A stretch of DNA of 64,000 nt from Candidatus Poribacteria bacterium (GTDB lineage: Bacteria; Poribacteria; WGA-4E; PCPOR2b): contig OZ244042.1 of assembly GCA_965215015.1 (NCBI GenBank), forward strand, positions 2,368,001 through 2,432,000, read 5' to 3'. The number at the start of each line of letters is the position of its first letter. The first letter of the stretch is position 1. Positions 19,166 to 28,113 of this stretch are shown here, one piece after another. The notes beneath the pieces were generated by a model, which worked only from the letters and a program-made list of their open reading frames with translations, ran no database searches and was not told the origin of the DNA. Both the position numbers and the translations under genes were made by a program.

Positions 19166-19885
19166 CTACGCTTCTTTCACGATTTTTGTGACTTTTCCGA
19201 TGATGGTCATTTCTTCGGTGACGATGATGTGGTTGTAGTTCGGGTTGGTCGGGGCAAGCAGCGCGTGTCCGTTGCGGAGGTAGAGCTTCTTGCACGTCAC
19301 TTCGCCTTCGACGTAGGCTATGACGGTCGTGCCGTTGTTCCAGTTGTTGCCGGGTTGAATCAGTAGGAGGTCGCCGTCTTCGATGCGCGGTGCCATCGAC
19401 ATGCCTCTGGCGCGGAGGAAGAATTCGCCCGGACCGAGGGTGTCTTTGTGCATGTATTCATACCCGACGACATCGCCGGGGTCCACCTGATCGAGGGTGC
19501 CGCACGGGATGTCGCCGAGAATGGGGACCGCAACGAAGTCGTCATCATCGACGGGGACAGCGTGTTCGAGGCGCATGGTCTCGCCTTGGGCTAAAGGGTC
19601 CTGTTTGCGGGGCGGTGTGGGTTGTCGGTCCGGGGGAATTTGACCGGGGGTCGAGTCTTCTCCGTAGAATAGATCACTAATAGTGAAATTTTGATGGCTC
19701 ACTTTGGTTAGGTATTTCGCGATTGCAAACAGTATTTGGGGATCAATCGCTTTGGCTTGATTGTTTACAATTTTGGAGATGTAGGATTGGGGCACGTTGG
19801 CAGCTTTTGCCATTTCGGTCTGTTTGGCTTTGATGCCTCGGTTTTTTAGAGCTGTGATTATTTCTTTGATGCGGTATTTTAACAA
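19166..19885 (-). CDS. LexA/CI-like repressor (XRE HTH plus S24 peptidase)
   Basis: QTEMAKAANVPQSYISKI HTH; IPCG cleavage site; GMSMAP (Ser); VTCKKL (Lys); TTG start with AGGAG. Confidence 0.92.
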   Translation of the reverse strand: MLKYRIKEIITALKNRGIKAKQTEMAKAANVPQSYISKIVNNQAKAIDPQILFAIAKYLTKVSHQNFTISDLFYGEDSTPGQIPPDRQPTPPRKQDPLAQGETMRLEHAVPVDDDDFVAVPILGDIPCGTLDQVDPGDVVGYEYMHKDTLGPGEFFLRARGMSMAPRIEDGDLLLIQPGNNWNNGTTVIAYVEGEVTCKKLYLRNGHALLAPTNPNYNHIIVTEEMTIIGKVTKIVKEA

Positions 19886-20111
19886 GATGTTTCACTCCTA
19901 TCTTGCTTCCGCCGTTATCACCATCGGATAATTTGCCGTGTTAGGTGAATTTTGTTGGCAGTCTGGTATCCATTGGCTATAATATACCCCTGATGGAAGT
20001 GTGTAGTAGGCTTTACGAAAAACAATAATAATGGTTTCACTAACTCTTATTATGACACACTTCCGCTGATTTTTCAAGGGGTATCTGGTAATGGGGGTTG
20101 ACGCTTAGATT

Positions 20112-20339
20112 ATGAAATTGACCATTGAGACGCTTATTAATGAGTCGGGGTTCCGTAGGAATTATATCTCGGAGCTATTGGGTGTCTCGGAGCAGGCATT
20201 GTCCTATAAGGTGAAAGGGCGACGCCGGTTTACGGAACTGGAGTTGAGGCAGCTGGCTATGGTGCTGGAGGTGCACCTGCGGATTGTGCGGCGGGCGGCG
20301 GGTGCCTCCCACTCGCGCTCTTCCCCGAACGACGAATGA
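20112..20339 (+). CDS. Cro-like HTH protein, divergent from the repressor
   Basis: YISELLGVSEQALSYKVKGRRRFTELE. Confidence 0.8.
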   Translation: MKLTIETLINESGFRRNYISELLGVSEQALSYKVKGRRRFTELELRQLAMVLEVHLRIVRRAAGASHSRSSPNDE

Positions 20340-20348
20340 GGTTGGCAG

Positions 20349-20654
20349 TTGTCTGAATCAGGATTCTCAGGATTTGAGGATTTTCAGGAGAAGATCTATA
20401 ACCTTCAGGTTTACAACCAGAAGGTTAGAAGATCTTGGGGATTTAACTTTCAACGGTTTTTAACCGTCTGTTAGCGCGTCTGATAGGCTTTGCCTAACAG
20501 AGGGCTAACAGACGCAGGATCTAGGGGGTTCATTTGAACCCCCTAGATCCTTAGACGCGAACAAGTTAAAACCAGAAGGCTTGAAGATCTTGGAGGTATA
20601 AATCCTCAAAATCCTTTAATCCTGAGAATCCTGATTCAGACAAGATTGTTAGGC
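20349..20654. repeat. Hairpin mosaic F, compound palindrome
   Basis: Outer inverted TTGTCTGAATCAGGATTCTCAGGATT pair enclosing an AGATCT unit (20391-20436), a nested TGTTAG unit (20465-20514) and a perfect 17-bp IR (20516-20551). Confidence 0.88.
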
Positions 20655-20671
20655 GGAAGGAAAAGGGGCTG

Positions 20672-20950
20672 ATGGAATTATCATATTTGAAGGCAATCGG
20701 GGTTGGGATTCCGAGCGGGTATACGATAGCCAATGGGGCAATGACCGCTGATAGCGAGCATGTCTACTTTGCAGCGGCGCATGGGAGCGCGCCGAAGTTG
20801 TTAATCTTCAACATGACGGGCAAGCGGATAGAGACAGCGGAATTCAGTATCCACGCCTTGCCGTCGAGTCGGTCGTTTGATGCCGTTGCGATTGATGCCG
20901 AAAATCTGTATCTGCTATCAAACAGCGAGGCGTTGGGGGTACTGGCAGAC
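20672..20950 (+). pseudogene. 5' fragment of a hypothetical (beta-propeller-like) gene
   Basis: Purine-rich RBS and ATG; protein-like to ~GVLADV, then reads into the antisense of the opposing gene; junction approximate. Confidence 0.45.
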
Positions 20951-21779
20951 GTTTTCCCATATTCATTGTTGGAATCGAGTGCTATCACTTTATCGAAGTC
21001 CTCAATGGCTTTGTCATATTCACCTTTGCCGAGGGATTCTAGCGCACTTCTTTCAATCTCCTTTTCATCGGGGCGTTGCTGCATATCTACAAACATCAGA
21101 ACTGGGAGTACGACACAACAGAGGAATATGATAAAAAGGAATAGGCAATAACCTGATAAGGTTACAATCCTCTTGGTATCTCGAAGTTCTGCAAGTGCCC
21201 CAAAATAGAGACGGTAAATAAAGAATAATAAACAGAAACTGAGGGAAGAAATAATTACCAAAAAAACAACCCACCAAATAAACCCTTCTATAGAATTTAG
21301 AAGGCTAAGCATACCACGAAAATCGAAAGACGGTAATTTGGATAAAAGGAGGAAGAAATATATCCCGAAACCGATGAGTCGGAGCCTGTTGTGCCTAAGT
21401 CTTTTTGAAATAGGTAATTTCTCATCTCTTTGGGCTATCTTCTTGTGTCCTTTTACCCCCAATTTGCACTCGCACCTGAAAATCCTTTAATCCTGAGAAT
21501 CCTGATATTGTTTCAAGATGCCAGTGGACGACTTGTGCGACACGACTCACGTTGAATATCCATATCAGGGATATTATCACACACCCAGACCAGACTAAGT
21601 AATGTAAAGTCTCGGCGTTTTGAAATTCCACCCCCAAAAACTTCTTAACCTCGCCATATAAGACCAATAAGCCAATAACAAGAGGGGGTAGCATCAGGCG
21701 GCTGGTTGCATAGACCTCCGAAATAGATTGGCGCACCGCATTTCCCACCTCTTTGTATAGTTCTAACGACAATTTATTT
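20945..21779 (-). pseudogene. Membrane protein with TPR, frameshifted and truncated at both ends
   Basis: ORFs 21422-21784 and 20764-21462 fuse if 21475-21505 is removed; TPR GEYDKAIEDFDKVIALD; 5' end abuts the MITE. Confidence 0.6.
21475..21505 (-). repeat. 31-bp TCAGGATT unit inserted in a CDS
   Basis: TCAGGATTCTCAGGATTAAAGGATTTTCAGG, matching the units at ~19046-19078 and ~15969-15990. Confidence 0.8.
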
Positions 21780-22240
21780 CGCACTTAACAGATAAAGGCT
21801 TGATTTTTGCCGTATTTTTGAGATAATCATATCGTCTAAACCCGCATGAATAGAGGTCTGCGTATTCCCAATTTCCTGTCAAAATAATCTTGAATGTGCT
21901 TTTGGGTGGGTGGTTTGAGATGATTATACGGATTTCCGTCAGGTTTCGTCCGTAAATGAGGTCTGACGAGTGTGCCATTTTTACGCGAGTCAGACTTAAG
22001 GCGTTGTATGCGTGGCATAAAGGCTCACCTCCTTTTGCCATGTAGATGGTGAGTCAGAAATTTCGCCATGCACAGCGAAACTGTGTTGTGCAACAGGTTA
22101 GACATCAAATGGCTCCTATAGGTAAGGCGACTGAGAATCGACATCAATTATTCACAACGATTGGCAAGTTCACTCATAGAATATCAAAAAAAACAATAGC
22201 AAAAACAATAGATTGTTAAGTCTAAAACTATTAAATGCGT
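21780..22240 (-). mobile_element. Non-autonomous deletion derivative of the IS1595 element (transposase removed)
   Basis: Reverse complement equals ~17041-17428 joined to ~18361-18451. Confidence 0.88.
21836..22018 (-). CDS. Second copy of the small basic passenger protein
   Basis: Near-identical to 17263-17448; C-terminus altered at the deletion junction. Confidence 0.65.
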   Translation of the reverse strand: MPRIQRLKSDSRKNGTLVRPHLRTKPDGNPYNHLKPPTQKHIQDYFDRKLGIRRPLFMRV

Positions 22241-22721
22241 TTTAGAAAACCGTCAGTTAGTCCTAATATACAAGAGGAGTATTTTCTGTGATCGATTAGC
22301 CGTTGCTTTTCCACCTCGGTCAGAAGTCTAGCTGTCAGATATGCAGCACCACCCGTTAGATTTGCAATCCCCAGTTTTATCTCTCATAGGGGAATTGCAT
22401 CTGTTATAGGAATTAGGCAGTTGAGCAATCAGGGGGACAATCTGTGTCGGAAATAGGAGATGATTTTCGCAATCGAAGTGCGTAAGTCCTACACAATATC
22501 TACATGCAATTACCTTTTTATCTCTAATAGCCCTGAACTGATCGATAGAGATTGTTGTTGACGGAAAAATAAGGACAGAGTAAAATGACTTATTATATAG
22601 AGACAATAGTGGGCAATTAGGTTTAATAATTGTCAAAAGATACCCGCTAGCCCCAGTGGTATAGGAACTTAGAAGATCCACGGGGAGATTCGAGAGAGAA
22701 ACGGTAGAGTTGGAGCAGCAG

Positions 22722-23891
22722 ATGATAACGAAATTTGACTACTTCTACGGAGGGCATGTGGAAATGGATAACATGGGTTTCCAGGGCCTCCGTGTTGACG
22801 ATAGGATAGAGACGGACGAGCATCTAGCCTCTGTATTCGATGAAGCACGGGCGATTGCTCAGTTAATGGACAAATTGAATTTTGATACCCTGTGGCTCGC
22901 CGAGCACCACTTTCAACGCGAAGGATACGGCGGCATCCCAAATATACCGATGCTTAGCCTCTATCTCGCAGAGAATACCGAGCAGCTCAAGTTCGGAGGC
23001 TTTTTTAATACCATTCCCGCATGGCACCCGATCCGATTGGCTGAAGACTTTGCCATGGTGGACATCCTTACAAAGGGACGTGTCAGATTCGGCATCGGTA
23101 GGGGTTACATCCCACGGGAGGTAGAAACGCTGGGATCGCCGCTTGAGGATGACGCCGCAAACCGTGAGTTATTCGAGGAGCAGGTCGAGATTATTTTCAA
23201 GGCGTGGAATGAGCAGGCTTTCTCCCATCGCGGGATACACTACGACCTACCAGCGAGAGTTTTCAACCGGGGACAGGAGTTGGAGGAGATAACGCTTGTG
23301 CCGCGTCCCTTCAACCTGCCTGTGGAATGCTGGCAACCCATCTTCAGTGCGAGCCCGCGAGGTATAGACTTTATGGTCAAACACGGTATCAAGGGTGTCG
23401 TCCCCGGAGGCCCCCGAGTTAATGAGATTGCTGCGAGGTGGAGAGAAACGCACTTACGCGCCGGACGCGACACTGAACTCGGTGAGGACTTGGCTCTGGT
23501 GTTACAAGTACATATCGCTGATACCGAAGAGAAAGCGATTCAAGAGGCATCCGTCTGGTTTGAAGAACAACTCAAAGTGCTAGCACCGTTGGGAAGGATG
23601 CCCACGCTCACCCAAGAACAGATTCAAGCGACGTTCGATCCAGAAAAAGCACCACTGGCTGGGTTGCCAACCGTTCACGATTTGGTTAATGGTGGTGGCT
23701 GGATATGTGGACCACCGGCGCACGTTTTTGAAAAGATTTCAGCGATCCAGGAAAGATTGCCCGGACTGGAGCGTGTGACAATAGGAGCAGGTGCTTTGGC
23801 AATCCCGCCTAGCGCAATCCGACGAGATATCGAGCGGTTCGGCAGGGAAGTCTTGCCAAAATTTCCGGAAGCGATTGCCACTTGTTCTTGA
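22722..23891 (+). CDS. LLM-class flavin-dependent oxidoreductase
   Basis: WLAEHHF, HPIRLAEDFAMVDILTKGRVRFGIGRGY. Confidence 0.92.
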   Translation: MITKFDYFYGGHVEMDNMGFQGLRVDDRIETDEHLASVFDEARAIAQLMDKLNFDTLWLAEHHFQREGYGGIPNIPMLSLYLAENTEQLKFGGFFNTIPAWHPIRLAEDFAMVDILTKGRVRFGIGRGYIPREVETLGSPLEDDAANRELFEEQVEIIFKAWNEQAFSHRGIHYDLPARVFNRGQELEEITLVPRPFNLPVECWQPIFSASPRGIDFMVKHGIKGVVPGGPRVNEIAARWRETHLRAGRDTELGEDLALVLQVHIADTEEKAIQEASVWFEEQLKVLAPLGRMPTLTQEQIQATFDPEKAPLAGLPTVHDLVNGGGWICGPPAHVFEKISAIQERLPGLERVTIGAGALAIPPSAIRRDIERFGREVLPKFPEAIATCS

Positions 23892-24043
23892 ACCGACATC
23901 GTACTCAGCGCGGAACCTCTCCCCGGTGATACTTAAAAGTAGTAGGCATACTCTCCGTATGTCGTAGCTATTGTGCATACTACGGCACGATGGAGGGGAC
24001 TTACTACTGTTGAGGCCGCAACCATTAGAAACAGGAAATCTAG

Positions 24044-24853
24044 ATGATAAATCAATATAAAGTTAATCATACAAAGGCCGCACTTCTCAGGGGTGAAATT
24101 ATCACCGTTCCAGAGATTAATCGGGTATCCAACCCAATCGTTGTGGAGGTACTGGCTCTGGCGGGATATACCTGCGTGTGGATAGATATGGAACATAGCC
24201 ATCTTAATTTAGATGGACTCTCCAATATGATTTTGGCTGCACGAACTGTCGATCTTGATGTCATTGTTCGTATTCCCCACGGCCCCTACAACCAGGTCAT
24301 GAAAACGTTGGAACTGGGCGCCGATGGTCTGATTTGGCCCCACTGCAAAAGTGCTGATGAGGCGCGTCAATTTGTCCGTATGGCAAAATTTCGACCCCTC
24401 GGGCTGCGCGGTATGGGTGGGGGTAGGGACTCTCTATTCGGCCGGATGGAACGCAAAGATTTCTTGGATCAAGCCAACGAAAACACACTACTTGGCGTGA
24501 TGATCGAAGACAAGGAAGGGGTGGACGATGTTGAAGCCATCGCCGCAGTTGAGGGGATTGATCTGTTGTTTGTAGGGCCCGGAGATCTCGCGCACAGCTA
24601 CGGCATGGAACGCGAAGTGGGACACCCGATTACTCAAAAGGTTGTTCTTGAAGCCTTCGACAGAGTAGGTAAGGCTTGTCGCACTCATGGGATTGCAATG
24701 GGCACGGCGGTCGATCCGGGCGAATCGATGCGCGTTGTCGTCGAGAAAGGTACTCGCTGGCTTAACTGTTGTCACGATGTCACTGCCCTTATCAACGGCT
24801 ATAGCCATGCCCGAAATGCTACCAATGAAATAGCGGAGGCATTAAAAAAATAA
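24044..24853 (+). CDS. HpcH/HpaI aldolase family
   Basis: WIDMEH, GVMIED, GIDLLFVGPGDL. Confidence 0.92.
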   Translation: MINQYKVNHTKAALLRGEIITVPEINRVSNPIVVEVLALAGYTCVWIDMEHSHLNLDGLSNMILAARTVDLDVIVRIPHGPYNQVMKTLELGADGLIWPHCKSADEARQFVRMAKFRPLGLRGMGGGRDSLFGRMERKDFLDQANENTLLGVMIEDKEGVDDVEAIAAVEGIDLLFVGPGDLAHSYGMEREVGHPITQKVVLEAFDRVGKACRTHGIAMGTAVDPGESMRVVVEKGTRWLNCCHDVTALINGYSHARNATNEIAEALKK

Positions 24854-24950
24854 AGATTCATATTAAAAAAAATGAAACGTGAAAGCTATTTGCTCATTAG
24901 TTCATTGGTGCAGTCGGACTAGGAAGCCTGACCTACGGGAATGATATAAA

Positions 24951-25138
24951 TAGGACTTACGCAGTTGAAGGTTCAACGCCTCCGTTGAGAGCGTCTTTGA
25001 CCTGTTGTAGTTCGGCGATTCATCGCCGCACCTGACAACTCTCACTGTCTGATTCATCGGGCAACTCCAGTAGATGTACTATTAAGTATCCGTAGGGAAC
25101 AATGATTGTTGCTCTCTACTTGAAGTACGTAAGTCCTA
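24951..25138. mobile_element. MITE with TAGGACTTACG TIRs
   Basis: TAGGACTTACGC ... CGTAAGTCCTA; homologous copy at 34448-34632. Confidence 0.7.
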
Positions 25139-25277
25139 AAAAAATAAGTGTGTGAAACGTGATGTGTGAAAACCATTAGTTGATTAGCAAGTACGGGCGG
25201 ATTGCCCCTACTTCGACGGTTTCTGTTGCACGGTTGCTTAATATCAGCCAAGATAAAGTGAGAGGAAGGTTATAAAA

Positions 25278-26393
25278 ATGAAGATTGAGAAGATTACGCC
25301 GTTTCTGGTAGATAGATTCCTGCTAGTTCGGGTCTACACCGATGAAGGGATTGTCGGCAACGGTGAAGCTGGCTTGTGGGCACATCAGAAAACAGTGTAT
25401 GAAGCCATACTCGAACTGAGCGAATACTATATGGGCAAAGACCCCGGTCGTATCGAGCATCACTATCAGGTGGTTTCGAGGGATTCTCACTTCATGGGAG
25501 CTGCTATCAGCGCGGCGATGAGTGCCATCGATGTTGCACTGTGGGACATCTTAGGGAAGTCGGTCAATCTGCCGGTATACCAATTGCTCGGCGGGAAGTG
25601 TCGGGACAAGGTCAAGGTATTTAACAATGTGTCAGGAGACACATTGGCTGAACGGGCGGAGAGCGCAATCCAAAACGTTGAGGCGGGGTACATCTCACTC
25701 CGAACAACCCCATTTTTCTCTGATTGGGAGAAGGGTACTTCAACCCAAACGATTACAGCGGCGGTGGAGATTGTCCGAACCATCCGTGAAGCAATCGGTA
25801 ATGATATCGATCTGGGGCTTGAGATTCATCGAAACCTGACACCGGATGAGGCAATCATTCTCGCCGGCGAGCTTGCACCTTTCCGAATCCTGTACTATGA
25901 GGACCCAATCGCGCCGCAGAGCATCGAAGCATTGGAGTACGTTGCACAGCACGTTCACATTCCGATAGCGACCGGTGAACGTTTCTATAACATTCAGCAG
26001 TTCAAAGAGCTCATTGATAAAAAAACGGTCAGCCTCATCCGACCCGATGTTTCACTGGCAGGCGGCATCACACACTGTAAAAAAATTGCGGCACTCGCCG
26101 AAGCCTCCTTTGTGGGTATTTTCCCACACTTGATGGGAAGTCCGGTCAACCTTGCTGCATTTGTTCAACTCGATGCGGCCATCCCCAACTTTGTTGTGCA
26201 TGAGACTCACACCGGTGCTGACGCATTTAATGAGATTGTCGATCATCCCCTTGAGCGAGATGGCGGGTATGTTATCGTACCGAATCGACCGGGTATTGGA
26301 TTGGAAATCAACGAAGCGAAACTAGAAAAGTTCCCCTATCAATCGAGACAGATTACCGGCAGCTTCCATGCCGATGGTTCTGTGGCTCACTGA
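25278..26393 (+). CDS. Enolase-superfamily acid-sugar dehydratase (galactonate dehydratase-like)
   Basis: AIDVALWDILGK, YEDP, ATGER, RPDV, PGIGLE. Confidence 0.9.
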   Translation: MKIEKITPFLVDRFLLVRVYTDEGIVGNGEAGLWAHQKTVYEAILELSEYYMGKDPGRIEHHYQVVSRDSHFMGAAISAAMSAIDVALWDILGKSVNLPVYQLLGGKCRDKVKVFNNVSGDTLAERAESAIQNVEAGYISLRTTPFFSDWEKGTSTQTITAAVEIVRTIREAIGNDIDLGLEIHRNLTPDEAIILAGELAPFRILYYEDPIAPQSIEALEYVAQHVHIPIATGERFYNIQQFKELIDKKTVSLIRPDVSLAGGITHCKKIAALAEASFVGIFPHLMGSPVNLAAFVQLDAAIPNFVVHETHTGADAFNEIVDHPLERDGGYVIVPNRPGIGLEINEAKLEKFPYQSRQITGSFHADGSVAH

Positions 26394-26421
26394 GACGGCC
26401 TAGCATAGGGCTAGCAACAAA

Positions 26422-27048
26422 GAGGCTTCAGCCTGTATTCCTAGATCGATAAATCCTAATTGCTTTAACCCGAATTGTGTGCTTCCTTACGGCTTGATAA
26501 CAGAACATGTGCGTCAGGGGATGAATGATTTCATTGATTTCTTGGGTTTCATCAATCAACAACTTCATACAAGAGAGATACCCCGTCTTGAAAATTTTCT
26601 CATGACAGCGAATTTCAGCAGTATCGTTGGTAAGTTTGCGAACATCAGTATCCCAAAGTGCTGCTCCAGTTTAGTGAAGAATCAGTAGCACAACGGACAT
26701 CCGGATTTAGTTCCATCTGGAATGTTTCCCAACAATGCAATTCAACATTCGAGCGAAAGCATTGAAATCAAAGCATCCCGTCATGCGAGCGGCTGGCAGG
26801 GCCATAACCCAGAGGCAATCTGGCTTATGGCCTTTCACTTTGACAGCAATACTGTCAGGGACGGGCAAAAGGATATTGATCCAAAATCATTTCGGTTCAA
26901 AGGGGTGTACGCTGCTAGACTAGAAAAAGAGGATTGGAATTTTTCAGGTAGATCGGCGGTGAGCCGACGGACAATTACTGCAAGCGTAAACCGAAACGGT
27001 ACACAGAAAATGAGGGCGAACTGGGTATACGAGGACTTAGATGAATGA
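26422..27048 (+). pseudogene. Probable type II restriction endonuclease, inactivated
   Basis: One frame interrupted by TAG at 26686 in KNQ*HNGHPDL..IEIKAS (PD..ExK); no ATG start; convergent and overlapping with the MTase. Confidence 0.65.
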
Positions 27049-27978
27049 CAGGCTTAATTGGGCTTCTCTTGTTGGTAATTGGGTTAATTTGGGGATTGCT
27101 TGCTGGCTCATCATATAATATTCTTCGTAACGTTCAAGACCAATACAAGAATAACCAATCGCTTCGGCAGCCGCAACTGTGGAACCTGATCCCATAAATG
27201 GATCTACGATAATACCTTCACCAAGCGGCAGGGAGGCATAAACAATTTGACGGAGGAAAGACTGCGGCTTCAGACTCGGATGATTGGCAATTTTCCGTTC
27301 GTTTTGTGGAGTGCGTTCACTTGCGATAACATCTTCAGGGGGATTCCCATTTGGTTTACGACGCAGCCCGCCCGTTTGGAATACTTTCAGACAATCGCTG
27401 ACTTTCATGCTGTTGGGAATGGGTTTGCGAAAAATCCCCCACGGTTCATAGCAGCCTCTCGGCAGCGTACAAACGTCAGGAAATTCTTTCTCCGCGTTCT
27501 TTGGTCTATCACCGCCCCGTAATGTTTTAACTAACCGGACAATCTGACCGCGAAATTCAAAGCCAGTGTTGATGATTGATGTGAAGACAATTTGAGCGAG
27601 GAAAGCATTTGAAGCCAGAAAGACATGTCCTCCGGGGCGTAATATTCTTAAAGCGAGTTTAGCCCATTGGCAAAAGTAGTGCTGCATACGACTGCGTTCC
27701 GCGTAGTTCAAGACAGTAAATCGGGGCAAGGGCGAACGTTGATGTCCATCAAAAGCGGGCGGAATACGCCAAATACCGCCATTCCCATTCGTCCGTTTTT
27801 CAAGTTGATCGAAATCATATTCTTTTACCCCATACGGCGGATCTGTTACGATAGCATGTAAACTTACTTCCGGGAGATGTTCCATCCACTTAAAGCAGTC
27901 TGCATGAATAATCACGGACTCCTTGAAGAAATGGTGCCCATATTCAAAGACATATCCGGATAGATCTTTAGCACTCAT
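27037..27978 (-). CDS. N4-C/N6-A DNA methyltransferase (beta class)
   Basis: TDPPY precedes HPSLKP and DPFMGSGS. Confidence 0.92.
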   Translation of the reverse strand: MSAKDLSGYVFEYGHHFFKESVIIHADCFKWMEHLPEVSLHAIVTDPPYGVKEYDFDQLEKRTNGNGGIWRIPPAFDGHQRSPLPRFTVLNYAERSRMQHYFCQWAKLALRILRPGGHVFLASNAFLAQIVFTSIINTGFEFRGQIVRLVKTLRGGDRPKNAEKEFPDVCTLPRGCYEPWGIFRKPIPNSMKVSDCLKVFQTGGLRRKPNGNPPEDVIASERTPQNERKIANHPSLKPQSFLRQIVYASLPLGEGIIVDPFMGSGSTVAAAEAIGYSCIGLERYEEYYMMSQQAIPKLTQLPTREAQLSLSFI

Positions 27979-28113
27979 AGTGCACCTCTGAATTATTTTA
28001 GACTTCTGTAGCGTTCGTTTCTTTTTGATTGTAATTTTCTGTTGGCTAATTTGGATAATATGGTAACGTGTGAATCTATGTTTGTCAAAGTATTTACATC
28101 ATGAAGGAGAACT

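Larger units (their letters stand above)
12128..22240. mobile_element. Accessory island / degenerate integrative element (recombinase, cargo, CI/Cro-like pair, IS1595 plus derivative); boundaries approximate
   Basis: Gene content and confinement of island-specific hairpin repeats; no att direct repeats found. Confidence 0.65.

Noticed and set aside
12128-20654. CRISPR array interpretation of the island repeats
   Set aside because: No regularly spaced identical repeats with unique spacers, and no cas genes; the units are palindromic, nested and irregular.
12083-22300. attL/attR direct repeats or a tRNA target for the island
   Set aside because: None found by eye; both edges are occupied by MITEs.
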